From positions 8,035,461 through 8,099,460 of the forward strand of contig NZ_CP114039.1 in assembly GCF_026965535.1 (NCBI RefSeq): a DNA stretch of 64,000 nucleotides. Direction: 5' to 3'. The translations under genes were made by a program, and so were the position numbers. Each line of letters begins with the position of its first letter. Within the stretch, counting starts at the first letter, position 1. This DNA comes from Corallococcus sp. NCRR (GTDB taxonomy: Bacteria > Myxococcota > Myxococcia > Myxococcales > Myxococcaceae). Below are positions 1-9,161 of the stretch, piece by piece. The notes beneath the pieces are model-generated. The model had not been told where the DNA came from. It did no database searches and was given only the letters and a program-made list of their open reading frames with translations.

Positions 1-1325
1 CCACGCTGCTCAAGGCGCGCATCGACGGCATCTCCGGCCGGAGCGGAGCGCTCACCGGCTACGTGGTGACGTGGACGGACGTCACGGATCAGCAGCGCGC
101 GGACACGGAGCTGGCGCGCCTCAGGGCCATGATGGAGAACGCGCCCACCTGCGTGATGGTGGCCGATCTGGACCTGAAGATCGTCTACCTGAACCCCGCC
201 TCGCGCCGGCTGTTGCAGCGCGTGGAGAAGCACCTGCCCGTCGCCGCGGACCGGGTGCTGGGCTCGCACATCGACGTCTTCCACCGGGACGTGACCTACC
301 AGCGGAAGATCCTGTCCAACGACAAGAACCTGCCGGTGCGCGCGAACATCCCCATTGGCCCGGAGACCGCGGACCTGCTGGTGACGGCGGTGTACGACGG
401 CCAGGGCCGCTACCTGGGCCCCATGGTGACGTGGGAGCTGATCACGGAGAAGCTCGCCGTGCAGCAGCGAGAGAAGGAGCTGGACGCCACCCTGCGCGGG
501 GTCTTCCAGGAGGTGATGCAGCACTCGCAGACGCTCGCCGCGTCGTCGCAGGAGCTGTCCAGCGTCAGCCAGCAGATGGTGAGCAACGCGCAGGAGACCG
601 CGGCGCAAGCCACCCAGGTGTCCGCCGGCGCCGAACAGGTCAGCCGCAACGTGCAGAGCGTCGCGTCCGGCATGGAGGAGGTCAACGCGAACATCCGCGA
701 GGTGGCGCGCAACGCGAGCACCGCCGCCAAGGTGGCCGCGTCCGCGGTGAAGCTCGCGGACTCCACGTCCAGCGTCGTCGGCAAACTGGGCACGAGCAGC
801 CAGGAGATCGGCAAGGTCATCAAGGTCATCACCTCCATCGCGCAGCAGACGAACCTGCTGGCGCTCAACGCGACCATCGAGGCGGCGCGCGCCGGTGAGG
901 CGGGCCGGGGCTTCGCGGTGGTGGCCAACGAGGTGAAGGAACTGGCGCGCGAGACGGCCCGCGCCACGGAGGACATCGGCCAGAAGATCGGCACCATCCA
1001 GGGCGACACCGAGGAGGTGGTCAACGCCATCCTGGAGATCGGCGCCACCATCGGCCGCATCAACGAGCTGCAGACGTCCATCGCCTCCTCCGTGGAGGAG
1101 CAGACGGCCACCGCGGGGGAGATCCTCCGCAACGTGGGCGAGGCCGCCAAGGGCAGCCAGCAGATCTCCGACAACATGGCCGCCGTCGCGGAGGCCGCGC
1201 GCAGCACCACCGAGGGCGCGGGCAGCACGCAGCGCTCGGCGGTGGAGCTGGCCCACATGGCGCAGTCGCTGCAACGGCTGGTCGTGCAGGTGGACACGTC
1301 CGACAAGCCGGCGCGGACGAAGTAG
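1..1325 (+). CDS. Methyl-accepting chemotaxis protein with PAS domain (5' end outside window)
   Basis: Frame open from position 3. The PAS-like N-terminal region is followed by an MCP signalling domain with Ala/Ser/Gln-rich coiled-coil heptads (e.g. [30 protein letters not shown]). Stop at 1323-1325. Confidence 0.85.
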   Translation, partial: TLLKARIDGISGRSGALTGYVVTWTDVTDQQRADTELARLRAMMENAPTCVMVADLDLKIVYLNPASRRLLQRVEKHLPVAADRVLGSHIDVFHRDVTYQRKILSNDKNLPVRANIPIGPETADLLVTAVYDGQGRYLGPMVTWELITEKLAVQQREKELDATLRGVFQEVMQHSQTLAASSQELSSVSQQMVSNAQETAAQATQVSAGAEQVSRNVQSVASGMEEVNANIREVARNASTAAKVAASAVKLADSTSSVVGKLGTSSQEIGKVIKVITSIAQQTNLLALNATIEAARAGEAGRGFAVVANEVKELARETARATEDIGQKIGTIQGDTEEVVNAILEIGATIGRINELQTSIASSVEEQTATAGEILRNVGEAAKGSQQISDNMAAVAEAARSTTEGAGSTQRSAVELAHMAQSLQRLVVQVDTSDKPARTK

Positions 1326-1359
1326 CGCGGGCGGCACCAGGCCCTCGGAGCCACGGCAC

Positions 1360-2889
1360 ATGCGAACCGGATTGAAACGCTGGTGGGATCTGGGCCAGGT
1401 GGCCCGTGCCTCCACGCGCCTGAAGCGGGTGTCCCGGCCCCAGGACACGGAGCGCGCGCGGCACGAGCTGGCCCAGCGGTTGTTGGGCCTGCGCGGGCTG
1501 CCCCAGAAGGTGGGCCAGGTGCTCACGCTCGCGGAGCTGGGCGCGGATACGCCGGGGTTCGGTTCGCTCGCGGAGGCGCCCTCCCCGCTCGCTCCGGAGG
1601 CCGCGCTGACGGAGGTGTCGCGCCGGTTGGGCCGTCCGTGGCGGGAGGTGTTCCAGTCGCTGGACGGCGCGGGCATCTCCGCGTCGCTGGGCCAGGTGCA
1701 CCGGGGCGTGCTGCATGACGGGCGCGCCGTGGCCGTGAAGCTGCGGCACCCGGGCATCGCGGAGGCCCTGCGGGATGATCTGCGCGCGCTGGGGTGGCTG
1801 GCCGCGCCGCTGGGGGGCTGGCGCGGGAGGCTGGACCTGTCCGCGTACCGCCATGAGCTGGCCCACATGCTCCAGGGCGAGCTGGACTACCACCACGAGG
1901 CCCAGGCCCTGTGGGACGCGAACACGCGCATGGCGGACGTGCCGGGCGTCGTCGTCCCCGTGCCCGTGGACGCGCACACGCGGGAAGACCTGCTGGTGAT
2001 GACCTGGGTGGAGGGCGCGTCGCTCGCGGAGGGCTGGCGCTGGAGCGAAGCGGACCGCCGCGCGCTGTCCACGACGCTGGTGCGGCTGTTCCTCCACGGG
2101 TGCTTCACCTGGGGCGCGCTCCACGCGGATCCGCACCCGGGCAACTACCGCGTGTCGCGGGGACCAGACGGCAAGCCCGTGCTGGGCGTGCTCGACTTCG
2201 GCTGCGTGAAGCCACTGCCGCCGGAGCTGGCCGTGGGGCTGGGGCGGTTGATTTCGCTCCTCAAGTGCCCGGGCACGCCACCGAGCCCGGAGCAGCTCCT
2301 GTCCGCGTGGGTGATGCTGGGCTTCGCGCCGGAGCTCCTGGAGCCCATGGCGGAGGCGCTGCCCGCGGTCAGCCGCGTGCTGCTGGAGCCCTTCCTGCTG
2401 GACCGTCCCTTCCACGCGAGAAGCTGGCGGCTGGGCGAGCGGCTGACGGAAGCATTGGGGCCGCACCGCTGGAACTTCCGCGCGGCGGGGCCCGCGTCGC
2501 TCCTGTTCGTCCTGCGCGCGTTCCACGGGCTGGTGCGCCACCTGGACGTGCTGGATGCGCCCATCGCCTGGGGACCACTCCTGGACGAGGCCCGCGCCCC
2601 GTCACTGCCGCCTCCGCCGTCATCATCGGAAACGCGGGCGGAGGGCACCGCACGCTACCTGAAGGTCCAGGTGACGGAAGCCGGGCGCACGCGCGTCGCG
2701 CTGACCTTCCGCGCGGACGTGACGGCGCACCTGGAGGACCTGCTGCCGGAGGACCTGCCCGGAAAGCTGGCGGCTCGGGGCGTGGATCCAGCGGCCATTG
2801 GGATCGCGGCGGTCGCGGCGGGGCTGCGGCCATCGGAGCTGTTCCACCTGGATGAGGGCCCCCGGCGTGTCCGGGTCTGGCTCGAATGA
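1360..2889 (+). CDS. UbiB/ABC1 (aarF-domain) atypical protein kinase
   Basis: Motifs KVGQVLT, AVKLRHPGI and HADPHPGNY are characteristic of the ABC1/UbiB kinase family. 509 aa, tightly packed in the che operon. Confidence 0.75.
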   Translation: MRTGLKRWWDLGQVARASTRLKRVSRPQDTERARHELAQRLLGLRGLPQKVGQVLTLAELGADTPGFGSLAEAPSPLAPEAALTEVSRRLGRPWREVFQSLDGAGISASLGQVHRGVLHDGRAVAVKLRHPGIAEALRDDLRALGWLAAPLGGWRGRLDLSAYRHELAHMLQGELDYHHEAQALWDANTRMADVPGVVVPVPVDAHTREDLLVMTWVEGASLAEGWRWSEADRRALSTTLVRLFLHGCFTWGALHADPHPGNYRVSRGPDGKPVLGVLDFGCVKPLPPELAVGLGRLISLLKCPGTPPSPEQLLSAWVMLGFAPELLEPMAEALPAVSRVLLEPFLLDRPFHARSWRLGERLTEALGPHRWNFRAAGPASLLFVLRAFHGLVRHLDVLDAPIAWGPLLDEARAPSLPPPPSSSETRAEGTARYLKVQVTEAGRTRVALTFRADVTAHLEDLLPEDLPGKLAARGVDPAAIGIAAVAAGLRPSELFHLDEGPRRVRVWLE

Positions 2890-2911
2890 ACTGCGGACAA
2901 GGAGGTGACGG

Positions 2912-3247
2912 ATGGTCACCATCGGCATGAATTACGAAGTGCGTGAGGGCAAGGCGGACGCCTTCGAGCGGAAGTTCGCACTCGTGCTGGAGGCGATGCG
3001 CACGCTTCCGGCGCACGTGCACACGGAGCTGTTCAAGAGCGTGGCAGCGCCGGGGCGCTACCTCATCGTCTCCGAGTGGCACAGCCGCGAGGGCTTCGAC
3101 GCCTTCGTCGCGTCCGAGGCCTTCCACCGCGTGACGGACTGGGGCGCCAGCGCCATCCTCGCGAGCCGGCCGCGCCACGAGGTGTATGGCGACAGGGCCT
3201 CCGGTGCACCCATGGGCCGCTGCCCGGTCGCGCACGCGGTGCGGTGA
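2912..3247 (+). CDS. Antibiotic-biosynthesis-monooxygenase (ABM) domain protein
   Basis: ~110 aa, ferredoxin-like ABM pattern (VTIGMNYEVREGKADAFE...SEWHSREGFDAF). Confidence 0.6.
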   Translation: MVTIGMNYEVREGKADAFERKFALVLEAMRTLPAHVHTELFKSVAAPGRYLIVSEWHSREGFDAFVASEAFHRVTDWGASAILASRPRHEVYGDRASGAPMGRCPVAHAVR

Positions 3248-3258
3248 AGCGGGTGCGA

Positions 3259-4335
3259 ATGAACGCCATCCGGGTCCTGGTGGTGGACGACGCGGCCGTG
3301 GTGCGGCGACAGGTGTCGCTGCTGCTGGGCGCGGCGCCGGGCCTGGAGGTCGTCGCCACCGCGCCCAATGGCCGCATCGCCCTGGCGAAGGTGGAGCAGT
3401 TCCAGCCGGACGTCGTGCTGCTGGACCTGGAGATGCCGGAGCTGGACGGGCTGGAGACGCTGAAGCTTTTGCGCCAGCGCGCCCCGGAGCTGCCCGTGGT
3501 GATGTTCAGCGCGCTCACCGAACGCGGGGGCCTGCTGACCCTGGAGGCGCTCGCGCTGGGGGCTCGCGACTACGTGACGAAGCCCACATCCGCGGGCGGG
3601 ATGAACATCACCGTGGAGGCCGTGCGGGATGAGCTGGTGCGCAAGCTCAAGGCGCTGAACGTGCGCATGCCGACCACCACGCCGGCACCGTCACCCGCTC
3701 CGGCTCCGGTGACGCGCGAGCCCCCGTCCCGGCCGCGAACGCCCGCGCGGGTGGAGGCCATCGTCATCGGTGCATCCACGGGAGGCCCGGGCGCGCTGGT
3801 GCGCCTGGTGTCCGCGCTGCCCGCGGACCTGCCGGTGCCGGTGTTCATCGTGCAGCACATGCCGCCCCTCTTCACCCGGCTGCTCGCGGAGCGATTGCAG
3901 GGCGTGACGCCGCTCACCGTGCGCGAGGCGGTGACGGGCGCCTGCGTGCAGGCGGGCGAGGTGTGGGTCGCTCCCGGCGACTTCCATCTGGCCGTGTGCC
4001 GGGACGCGACGGGCGTGCGGCTGCTCACGCACCAGGGGCCGGCGGAGAACGCGTGCCGCCCGGCGGTGGACCTGCTCTTCCGCTCCGCGGCGGAGGTGTA
4101 CGGCGCGGGGGTGCTGGCGGCGGTGCTCACCGGCATGGGCCAGGACGGGCTGCGCGGCTGCCGGCGGGTGATTGAAGCAGGCGGACAGGTGGTGGTGCAG
4201 GACCAGGCCAGCTGCGTCGTCGGCAGCATGCCGGGCTCGGTGGAACAGGCGGGGCTCGCGGATGCCGTGGTGCCCCTGGACGCGCTGGCCCTGGAGCTGG
4301 CGCGGCGCGTGGATGCGCGCGGACGGAGGACCTGA
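3259..4335 (+). CDS. cheB: Chemotaxis response regulator protein-glutamate methylesterase CheB
   Basis: N-terminal receiver domain (VLVVDDAAVVRR...DVVLLDLEMPELDG) and C-terminal methylesterase with GASTGGP motif. The ATG at 3259 is in frame with the 3076 ORF and avoids overlap with the upstream ABM gene. Confidence 0.9.
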   Translation: MNAIRVLVVDDAAVVRRQVSLLLGAAPGLEVVATAPNGRIALAKVEQFQPDVVLLDLEMPELDGLETLKLLRQRAPELPVVMFSALTERGGLLTLEALALGARDYVTKPTSAGGMNITVEAVRDELVRKLKALNVRMPTTTPAPSPAPAPVTREPPSRPRTPARVEAIVIGASTGGPGALVRLVSALPADLPVPVFIVQHMPPLFTRLLAERLQGVTPLTVREAVTGACVQAGEVWVAPGDFHLAVCRDATGVRLLTHQGPAENACRPAVDLLFRSAAEVYGAGVLAAVLTGMGQDGLRGCRRVIEAGGQVVVQDQASCVVGSMPGSVEQAGLADAVVPLDALALELARRVDARGRRT

Positions 4336-4337
4336 GA

Positions 4338-5228
4338 ATGTCCCTGCTTCCCGACGACTTCGCCTACCTGCGGCAGCGCGTGCTGCGCCGCTCCGGGCTC
4401 GTGCTGGAGCCCGACACGTCCGCGCTGGTGGAGACGCGGCTCACGCCCCTCATGCGCGAGGAGCGGCTGCCGGACCTCTCCGCCCTGGTCGCGCGGCTGC
4501 GCTCGCAGCCGGAGGGCAGTCCGCTGCACCAGCGCCTGGCGGAGGCGCTGGCCAACCACGAGACGGCCTTCTTCCGCGACGCGCCCGTCTTCGAGGCCCT
4601 GCGCACCACGGTGCTGCCGGGCCTGCTGGCCAGGCGCGCCCGCACGCGGACGCTGCGCATCTGGTGCGCGGCGTGCGCCTACGGCCAGGAGCCCTACAGC
4701 ATCGCGATGACGCTGGCGGAGGCCGGGCTGCTCATCACCGGATGGACGGTGCGCATCCTCGCCACCGACTTCTCCACCCGCGCCATCGTCCGTGCCTGCG
4801 AGGCCCGCTACGACGCGAAGGAGATCCACCGCGGCCTGACGCCCGAGCTGCGCCAGCGCTACTTCCGCCAGGAGCGCGACGGGTGGCGGCTGAACGAACA
4901 CGTGCGCAGGCCGGTGGAGTTCCGGCCGCTCAACCTGATGGACGACTTCCCGCTGGAAGCGCCCGTGGACCTCGTCTTCCTGCGCAACGTGATGATCTAC
5001 TGGGACGTGCCCACCCGGCGCGCGGTGCTCGCCCGCGTGCGGCGGATGCTCCACGCGGACAGCTACCTGGTGCTGGGCGCCGCGGAGGCCTCGCCCCTGA
5101 TGGAGGACGGCTTCACGCGGCACCTGATGGGACAGACGAGCTGGTACCGCCCCACGCCCGCGTCCCAAGGCGTCGGCGCGGCCGTGGAGGAAGCGCGGCG
5201 CTCGCCCCGCTCCGGCGCTACACCTTGA
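4338..5228 (+). CDS. cheR: Chemotaxis protein methyltransferase CheR
   Basis: TAFFRD and IWCAACAYGQEPYS SAM-methyltransferase motifs. Starts 2 nt after the cheB stop. Confidence 0.9.
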   Translation: MSLLPDDFAYLRQRVLRRSGLVLEPDTSALVETRLTPLMREERLPDLSALVARLRSQPEGSPLHQRLAEALANHETAFFRDAPVFEALRTTVLPGLLARRARTRTLRIWCAACAYGQEPYSIAMTLAEAGLLITGWTVRILATDFSTRAIVRACEARYDAKEIHRGLTPELRQRYFRQERDGWRLNEHVRRPVEFRPLNLMDDFPLEAPVDLVFLRNVMIYWDVPTRRAVLARVRRMLHADSYLVLGAAEASPLMEDGFTRHLMGQTSWYRPTPASQGVGAAVEEARRSPRSGATP

Positions 5229-6138
5229 GGCGGATGGCGCCCGGGAGCAGCGTCATGGTGCAGGGCAGCCGGCCCGGCGTCTCGCCGTCCACGTCCAGGA
5301 ACACGTCGCCCGTCAGCGGCTCCGCGTGGATCGTGCGGCAGCGCAGCCGCCGCGTGCCCTTCCACGTGACGTGATCGCCGTTGTAGACGCCCTTGGACTT
5401 GAGGACGAAGTCGGACAGGCCGTAGTTGGACCAGATGGTGACGTCGAAGAGGCCGTCGTGCGTCACCGCCTCCGGCGCCACGAACATGCCGCTGCCGAAG
5501 TAGCGGCCATTGGCCACGGCCACCGCGGTGACGCTCACCGTCTCCGGCTCGCCGCCGTCCACCGTGAGGCGCACCTGCTGCTCCTGGTACTTGATGAGGC
5601 CCTTCACGGTGCCCCACATGAAGCTCAGGTTGCCGCCCAGCGCCTTGCTGCCCTGGTTCACCTCGCGGGCCACCACCGCGCTCACGCCGAACGAGGCGAT
5701 GTTGGCGAAGAAGCGCGTGGCGGGCTTGCCGTCGTTGTCCGTGAACTCCAGCCGCCCCACGTCGAAGGGCTCCGTCGCCTCCGTGCGCAGGCGCTCCAGC
5801 GCGGACGTCAGCTCCAGGTCCCAGCCGAAGGTGCGGCGGAAGTCGCCGCCCGTGCCTCGGGGCAACAGGCCCAGCGTGGCCCGGGGGTTGATGACCTGTC
5901 CGTCGCGGAAGAAGCCGTTGGTGACCTCGTTGAGGGTGCCGTCGCCGCCCACCGCGACGATGCACTCATAGCCGTCGTCGATGGCCTGCTGCGCCAGACG
6001 CGCCGCATCCATGCCGCCGCTGGTGAAGCCGTACCCGAAGTCACCGAGCACCTTGCCCACCTGCGCGGAGATCTCCACCCATCGCTTCCCCGTCTGCCCG
6101 TTGGCGCTGCGCGGGTTGACCACGAGGAACGTCTTCAT
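5218..6138 (-). CDS. YegS/BmrU-family lipid (diacylglycerol) kinase
   Basis: DAGK catalytic-domain motifs (VNPRSANG, AVGGDGTLNEV, LGLLPRGTGGDF). Convergent with cheR, overlapping it by 11 nt. Confidence 0.8.
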   Translation of the reverse strand: MKTFLVVNPRSANGQTGKRWVEISAQVGKVLGDFGYGFTSGGMDAARLAQQAIDDGYECIVAVGGDGTLNEVTNGFFRDGQVINPRATLGLLPRGTGGDFRRTFGWDLELTSALERLRTEATEPFDVGRLEFTDNDGKPATRFFANIASFGVSAVVAREVNQGSKALGGNLSFMWGTVKGLIKYQEQQVRLTVDGGEPETVSVTAVAVANGRYFGSGMFVAPEAVTHDGLFDVTIWSNYGLSDFVLKSKGVYNGDHVTWKGTRRLRCRTIHAEPLTGDVFLDVDGETPGRLPCTMTLLPGAIRLKV

Positions 6139-6202
6139 TCAGTGCCTTCTCCCTGCTGCCAGAACGGCCTGTTTACGCAATTGTGGGCCCAGGCTCCACT
6201 CC

Positions 6203-6973
6203 ATGACCCACGGGAGGGCCTCCGTGCCCGGGGTGTTTGTCACCCGGCCCCGTCCATGCTGGGCTCTCCGCCCCTGTTTTCGTCCCGGACCCCGAGTGAA
6301 AGCCCCGTCCCCCACCGAGCAGCTCGCGCCCCACCGGGAGGCCACGCGCGCCCTGGACTGGGCGCTGCCCGCGCTCCGGGCGGACCTGGCGGCGGCGGCG
6401 CGGCAGCCCTTCCGGGAGACGGGCGCCCAGGAGGACTTCCTGCACCGGCATGACGCACCGGCCCATGAAGTCCAGGGGCCGGCGCGGACGGAGCGCTTCG
6501 AGCGGGCCCTGGCCCGGGTGCGCCAGCTCGCGGACGCGGGCGAGCCGCTGACCTTCGCCCGGATGGTGGAGGTCCAGTCGGAGCTCCTGGGCGGCCCCAC
6601 GGGCTTCCGCACCGGGGACGCCTTCGCGTGGGGTGGCGCGCACCGCTACGCGCACGAGCCCGGCCTGGAGGCGGCCTTCCGCGACAAGGTGGAAGCGGAC
6701 GCGGGGGAAGCGCGTCACCCGGTGGCACATGCCACGCGGTTGTACCTGGACCTGTGCTTCTTCCACCCCTTCCCGGACGGCAACGCCCGCGCGGCGCGGC
6801 TGTGGCTGGAATACATGCTGCGCCGGGGACAGGTGCCCACGCCTCCGCTGGCGCCCGTGGTGCTGTGGCCCAAGCACCCGGGAGACACGGTGAACTACAC
6901 GCGGCTGGCGAGGCTGCTGGCCCGGACCATCGCGGGGCCGGACGCCCCGTGCCGCAACGAGGTGCCCGAATGA
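6203..6973 (+). CDS. Fic/Doc-family protein (non-canonical motif HPFPDGNARAAR)
   Basis: Fic core motif HPFxDGN-A-RxxR has Ala in place of the second Gly of the canonical HxFx(D/E)GNGRxxR. The start is uncertain: ATG 6203 is the first Met, but the first ~40 aa are R/P-rich and a GTG at 6296 is possible. Confidence 0.7.
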   Translation: MTHGRASVPGVFVTRPRPCWALRPCFRPGPRVKAPSPTEQLAPHREATRALDWALPALRADLAAAARQPFRETGAQEDFLHRHDAPAHEVQGPARTERFERALARVRQLADAGEPLTFARMVEVQSELLGGPTGFRTGDAFAWGGAHRYAHEPGLEAAFRDKVEADAGEARHPVAHATRLYLDLCFFHPFPDGNARAARLWLEYMLRRGQVPTPPLAPVVLWPKHPGDTVNYTRLARLLARTIAGPDAPCRNEVPE

Positions 6974-7635
6974 GCAGCAATGCTTCGGCTTTCACGTGGC
7001 GCCGCATCCGCGACAGCCTGGATGCCTATTCACCGCAATCGCTGGCATCCCGGCTGAGGGAGGCCCTGGCCCCCCTGCGGGCCGGCAGCATCCACGCCAG
7101 CCGGCTCAAGCAGGCGAAGAACGCCGTGCAGGACCTGCTCCAGGCCGAACTGGGGCCCTGGTACATCGAGAGTGGTCTGCCCCTGGGCAATGAAGTGCTG
7201 GGGGGCTATTGCTGGTGCCACTCGTTCTTCAACCAGAACCCGCCGCATCGGACGATGGATGTGGATGAGAACATCCAGCTCATGCTGGACGCGCTGGAGC
7301 GGATCCGTTCGTTCCTGTACGCGCTGGACGGCGTGTATCAGGCCTCGCGCCGTCAGCTTGAAGCGGCCGCTGACGACAGGGCGCTCCGGGCGAAGGCGCT
7401 CGCGGAAGGGCTGGTGCGGACCGTGGACCTGACGGCGGAGACGACGTCCTGCGAGGAGACCTGGTACCAGGTCGCGCAGGACGCCATGACGTGGTGCATC
7501 GAGGCGATGGGACTGCCCTTGTCGGAGGCCACGCAGGAGCAGTTGGACACCGCCTTCGTCTTCACGTCGTGGATCGCGCCTCCTCCGGACGCCCTCCGGG
7601 ACGCGGCGGCGCGGGTGGCGGCGGTGGCCGTATGA
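6970..7635 (+). CDS. Hypothetical protein, Fic-associated paralogue A (GGYCWCH motif)
   Basis: 221 aa. Its ATG overlaps the Fic stop (ATGA). ~40-45% identical to the next gene along its full length. Conserved blocks are W.RIRDSL..Y.P, LGPWY.E.GL.LGNE..GGYCWCH.FF.Q.P, NIQLM.DALER and T.CEE.W. Confidence 0.65.
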   Translation: MSSNASAFTWRRIRDSLDAYSPQSLASRLREALAPLRAGSIHASRLKQAKNAVQDLLQAELGPWYIESGLPLGNEVLGGYCWCHSFFNQNPPHRTMDVDENIQLMLDALERIRSFLYALDGVYQASRRQLEAAADDRALRAKALAEGLVRTVDLTAETTSCEETWYQVAQDAMTWCIEAMGLPLSEATQEQLDTAFVFTSWIAPPPDALRDAAARVAAVAV

Positions 7636-8327
7636 GCCGGTCGGCCCTGGGGCACTGGCCGCGCATCCGCGACAGCCTGGAGGGGTACGAACCGGAGAAG
7701 CTCATCCGGATGCTGCGCGAGTACCTGACGCCGCGCGTGCCTCCGGGGACGCGCAAGCTCACGGACGAGCAGCACGACACGATGGCGAAACACATCCAGC
7801 GGATGCTCAACCAGAACCTGGGGCCCTGGTACACGGAGACAGGGTTGTATCTGGGCAATGAGAGCTTCGGCGGCTACTGCTGGTGCCACCGCTTCTTCCG
7901 GCAGAAGCCCACCCCGAACATGAGCGTGGAATACAACATCCAGCTCATGGTCGACGCGCTGGAGCGGTCCCGCGAATGGCTGTTCAAGCTGGAGGCCCAC
8001 TTCCAGGCGCTGAAGCGGGATTTGCCCTCGGGCCCGGATGACCATGACATCCGGATGCTGGCCCTGGCGGATGGAATCGTCACCACGATGAACCTCACCA
8101 TGGACGCCACGGGCTGCGAGGAGGCCTGGTCCACCTTCGCGGACCAGGCGCTGGCCTGGATGTTCGACGCCATCGGGCTGCGCCCGGGCTATCAGGCCGG
8201 GAAGCTGATGCGGAAGCTGTTCGCCTTCGAGTCCTGGCACTCGCCTTCCGAGCCGGAGCTGCGCGGCTCGGCGGAGAAGGTGGCAGCGGCCGTCGTGGAG
8301 GACGAGGGCCGCCGCCACACGCACTGA
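7632..8327 (+). CDS. Hypothetical protein, Fic-associated paralogue B (GGYCWCH motif)
   Basis: 231 aa. Its ATG overlaps the stop of paralogue A (ATGA). Tandem duplicate of the preceding gene. Confidence 0.65.
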   Translation: MSRSALGHWPRIRDSLEGYEPEKLIRMLREYLTPRVPPGTRKLTDEQHDTMAKHIQRMLNQNLGPWYTETGLYLGNESFGGYCWCHRFFRQKPTPNMSVEYNIQLMVDALERSREWLFKLEAHFQALKRDLPSGPDDHDIRMLALADGIVTTMNLTMDATGCEEAWSTFADQALAWMFDAIGLRPGYQAGKLMRKLFAFESWHSPSEPELRGSAEKVAAAVVEDEGRRHTH

Positions 8328-8342
8328 CGCGAGCGCCCCCCC

Positions 8343-8999
8343 TCAGTGGATGGGCTTCCCGCGCGTCATCCGGCGGGCATGCTCGCCGGAGCCTCCCTTC
8401 ACCTCGATGCGCTTGCCCTGGGGCAGCGCCTCCGGGAGCTTCAGGGAGACCTCCAGGACACCGTTCTCGAAGTTCGCCTGGACCGACTCCGTGTCGATGC
8501 CTTCCGGAAGCGGAATGGCGCGGCGGAACAGCCCGGTGCTGCGCTCCAGGCTCCAGACGCCTTCGGCCTCCTCTTCCTCTTCCCGTTCGAAGGAACGTTC
8601 GCCTTCGATGATGAGCAGGTCCGGCTGCAACTCGACGAGGATGTCCTCCTGCTTCATTCCCGGCAGGTCGGCCTTCACGATGAGGTTTCCGTTCCGCTCC
8701 AGCACGTCCACCTGCGGCGACCAGAGCCCCTCGTCCAGCACGCCGCTGCTCCGGGCGGTGAGGCCCCGGCCTCCCTTGCCGGTGACGAGCTGGTCCATGT
8801 CCTCCAGCATCCGGCGCAACAGTCCGAACGGGCTCAGCGGCGCGATCTCCCGGCCAATGGCGGGTGCGCGGGCGATGCCAGCGCCCGTCCTGGGCTCCTG
8901 TCCCTGCGAGGTGATGCCCTGCGCGTCGGCCTGGGCTTTCTTCACCGCGGGCGAGGAGGGCTCCCCCTGCGCGCCTGGGTTCCTGTTGTCGGTTGCCAT
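8343..8999 (-). CDS. Hsp20/alpha-crystallin family small heat-shock protein
   Basis: C-terminal alpha-crystallin domain (SPQVDVLERNGNLIVKADLPGMKQEDILVEL...GVLEVSLKLP). The internal ATG at 8999 is preceded by a GGGGGAGGATG RBS; the longer 9113 ORF is an unlikely N-extension. Confidence 0.8.
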   Translation of the reverse strand: MATDNRNPGAQGEPSSPAVKKAQADAQGITSQGQEPRTGAGIARAPAIGREIAPLSPFGLLRRMLEDMDQLVTGKGGRGLTARSSGVLDEGLWSPQVDVLERNGNLIVKADLPGMKQEDILVELQPDLLIIEGERSFEREEEEEAEGVWSLERSTGLFRRAIPLPEGIDTESVQANFENGVLEVSLKLPEALPQGKRIEVKGGSGEHARRMTRGKPIH

Positions 9000-9161
9000 G
9001 ACATCCTCCCCCGGTGGAGCCGGCTGGCGCCCGGCCGCCGGACCGCACCGGTCATTGAGCGGGGATGGAATCATCCCAACTCCAAACCTGGAGGTGCGTG
9101 GCGGGACCATCAAGGGTCCGGGAGCGCCGGAGCCCTGGGCCCCTTCTTCGAGGGAACGCCG

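Noticed and set aside
1060-2541. 493-aa minus-strand ORF
   Set aside because: Antisense to the MCP and UbiB-kinase genes. It has the extreme R/P/A/G composition typical of spurious ORFs in high-GC DNA, with no motifs.
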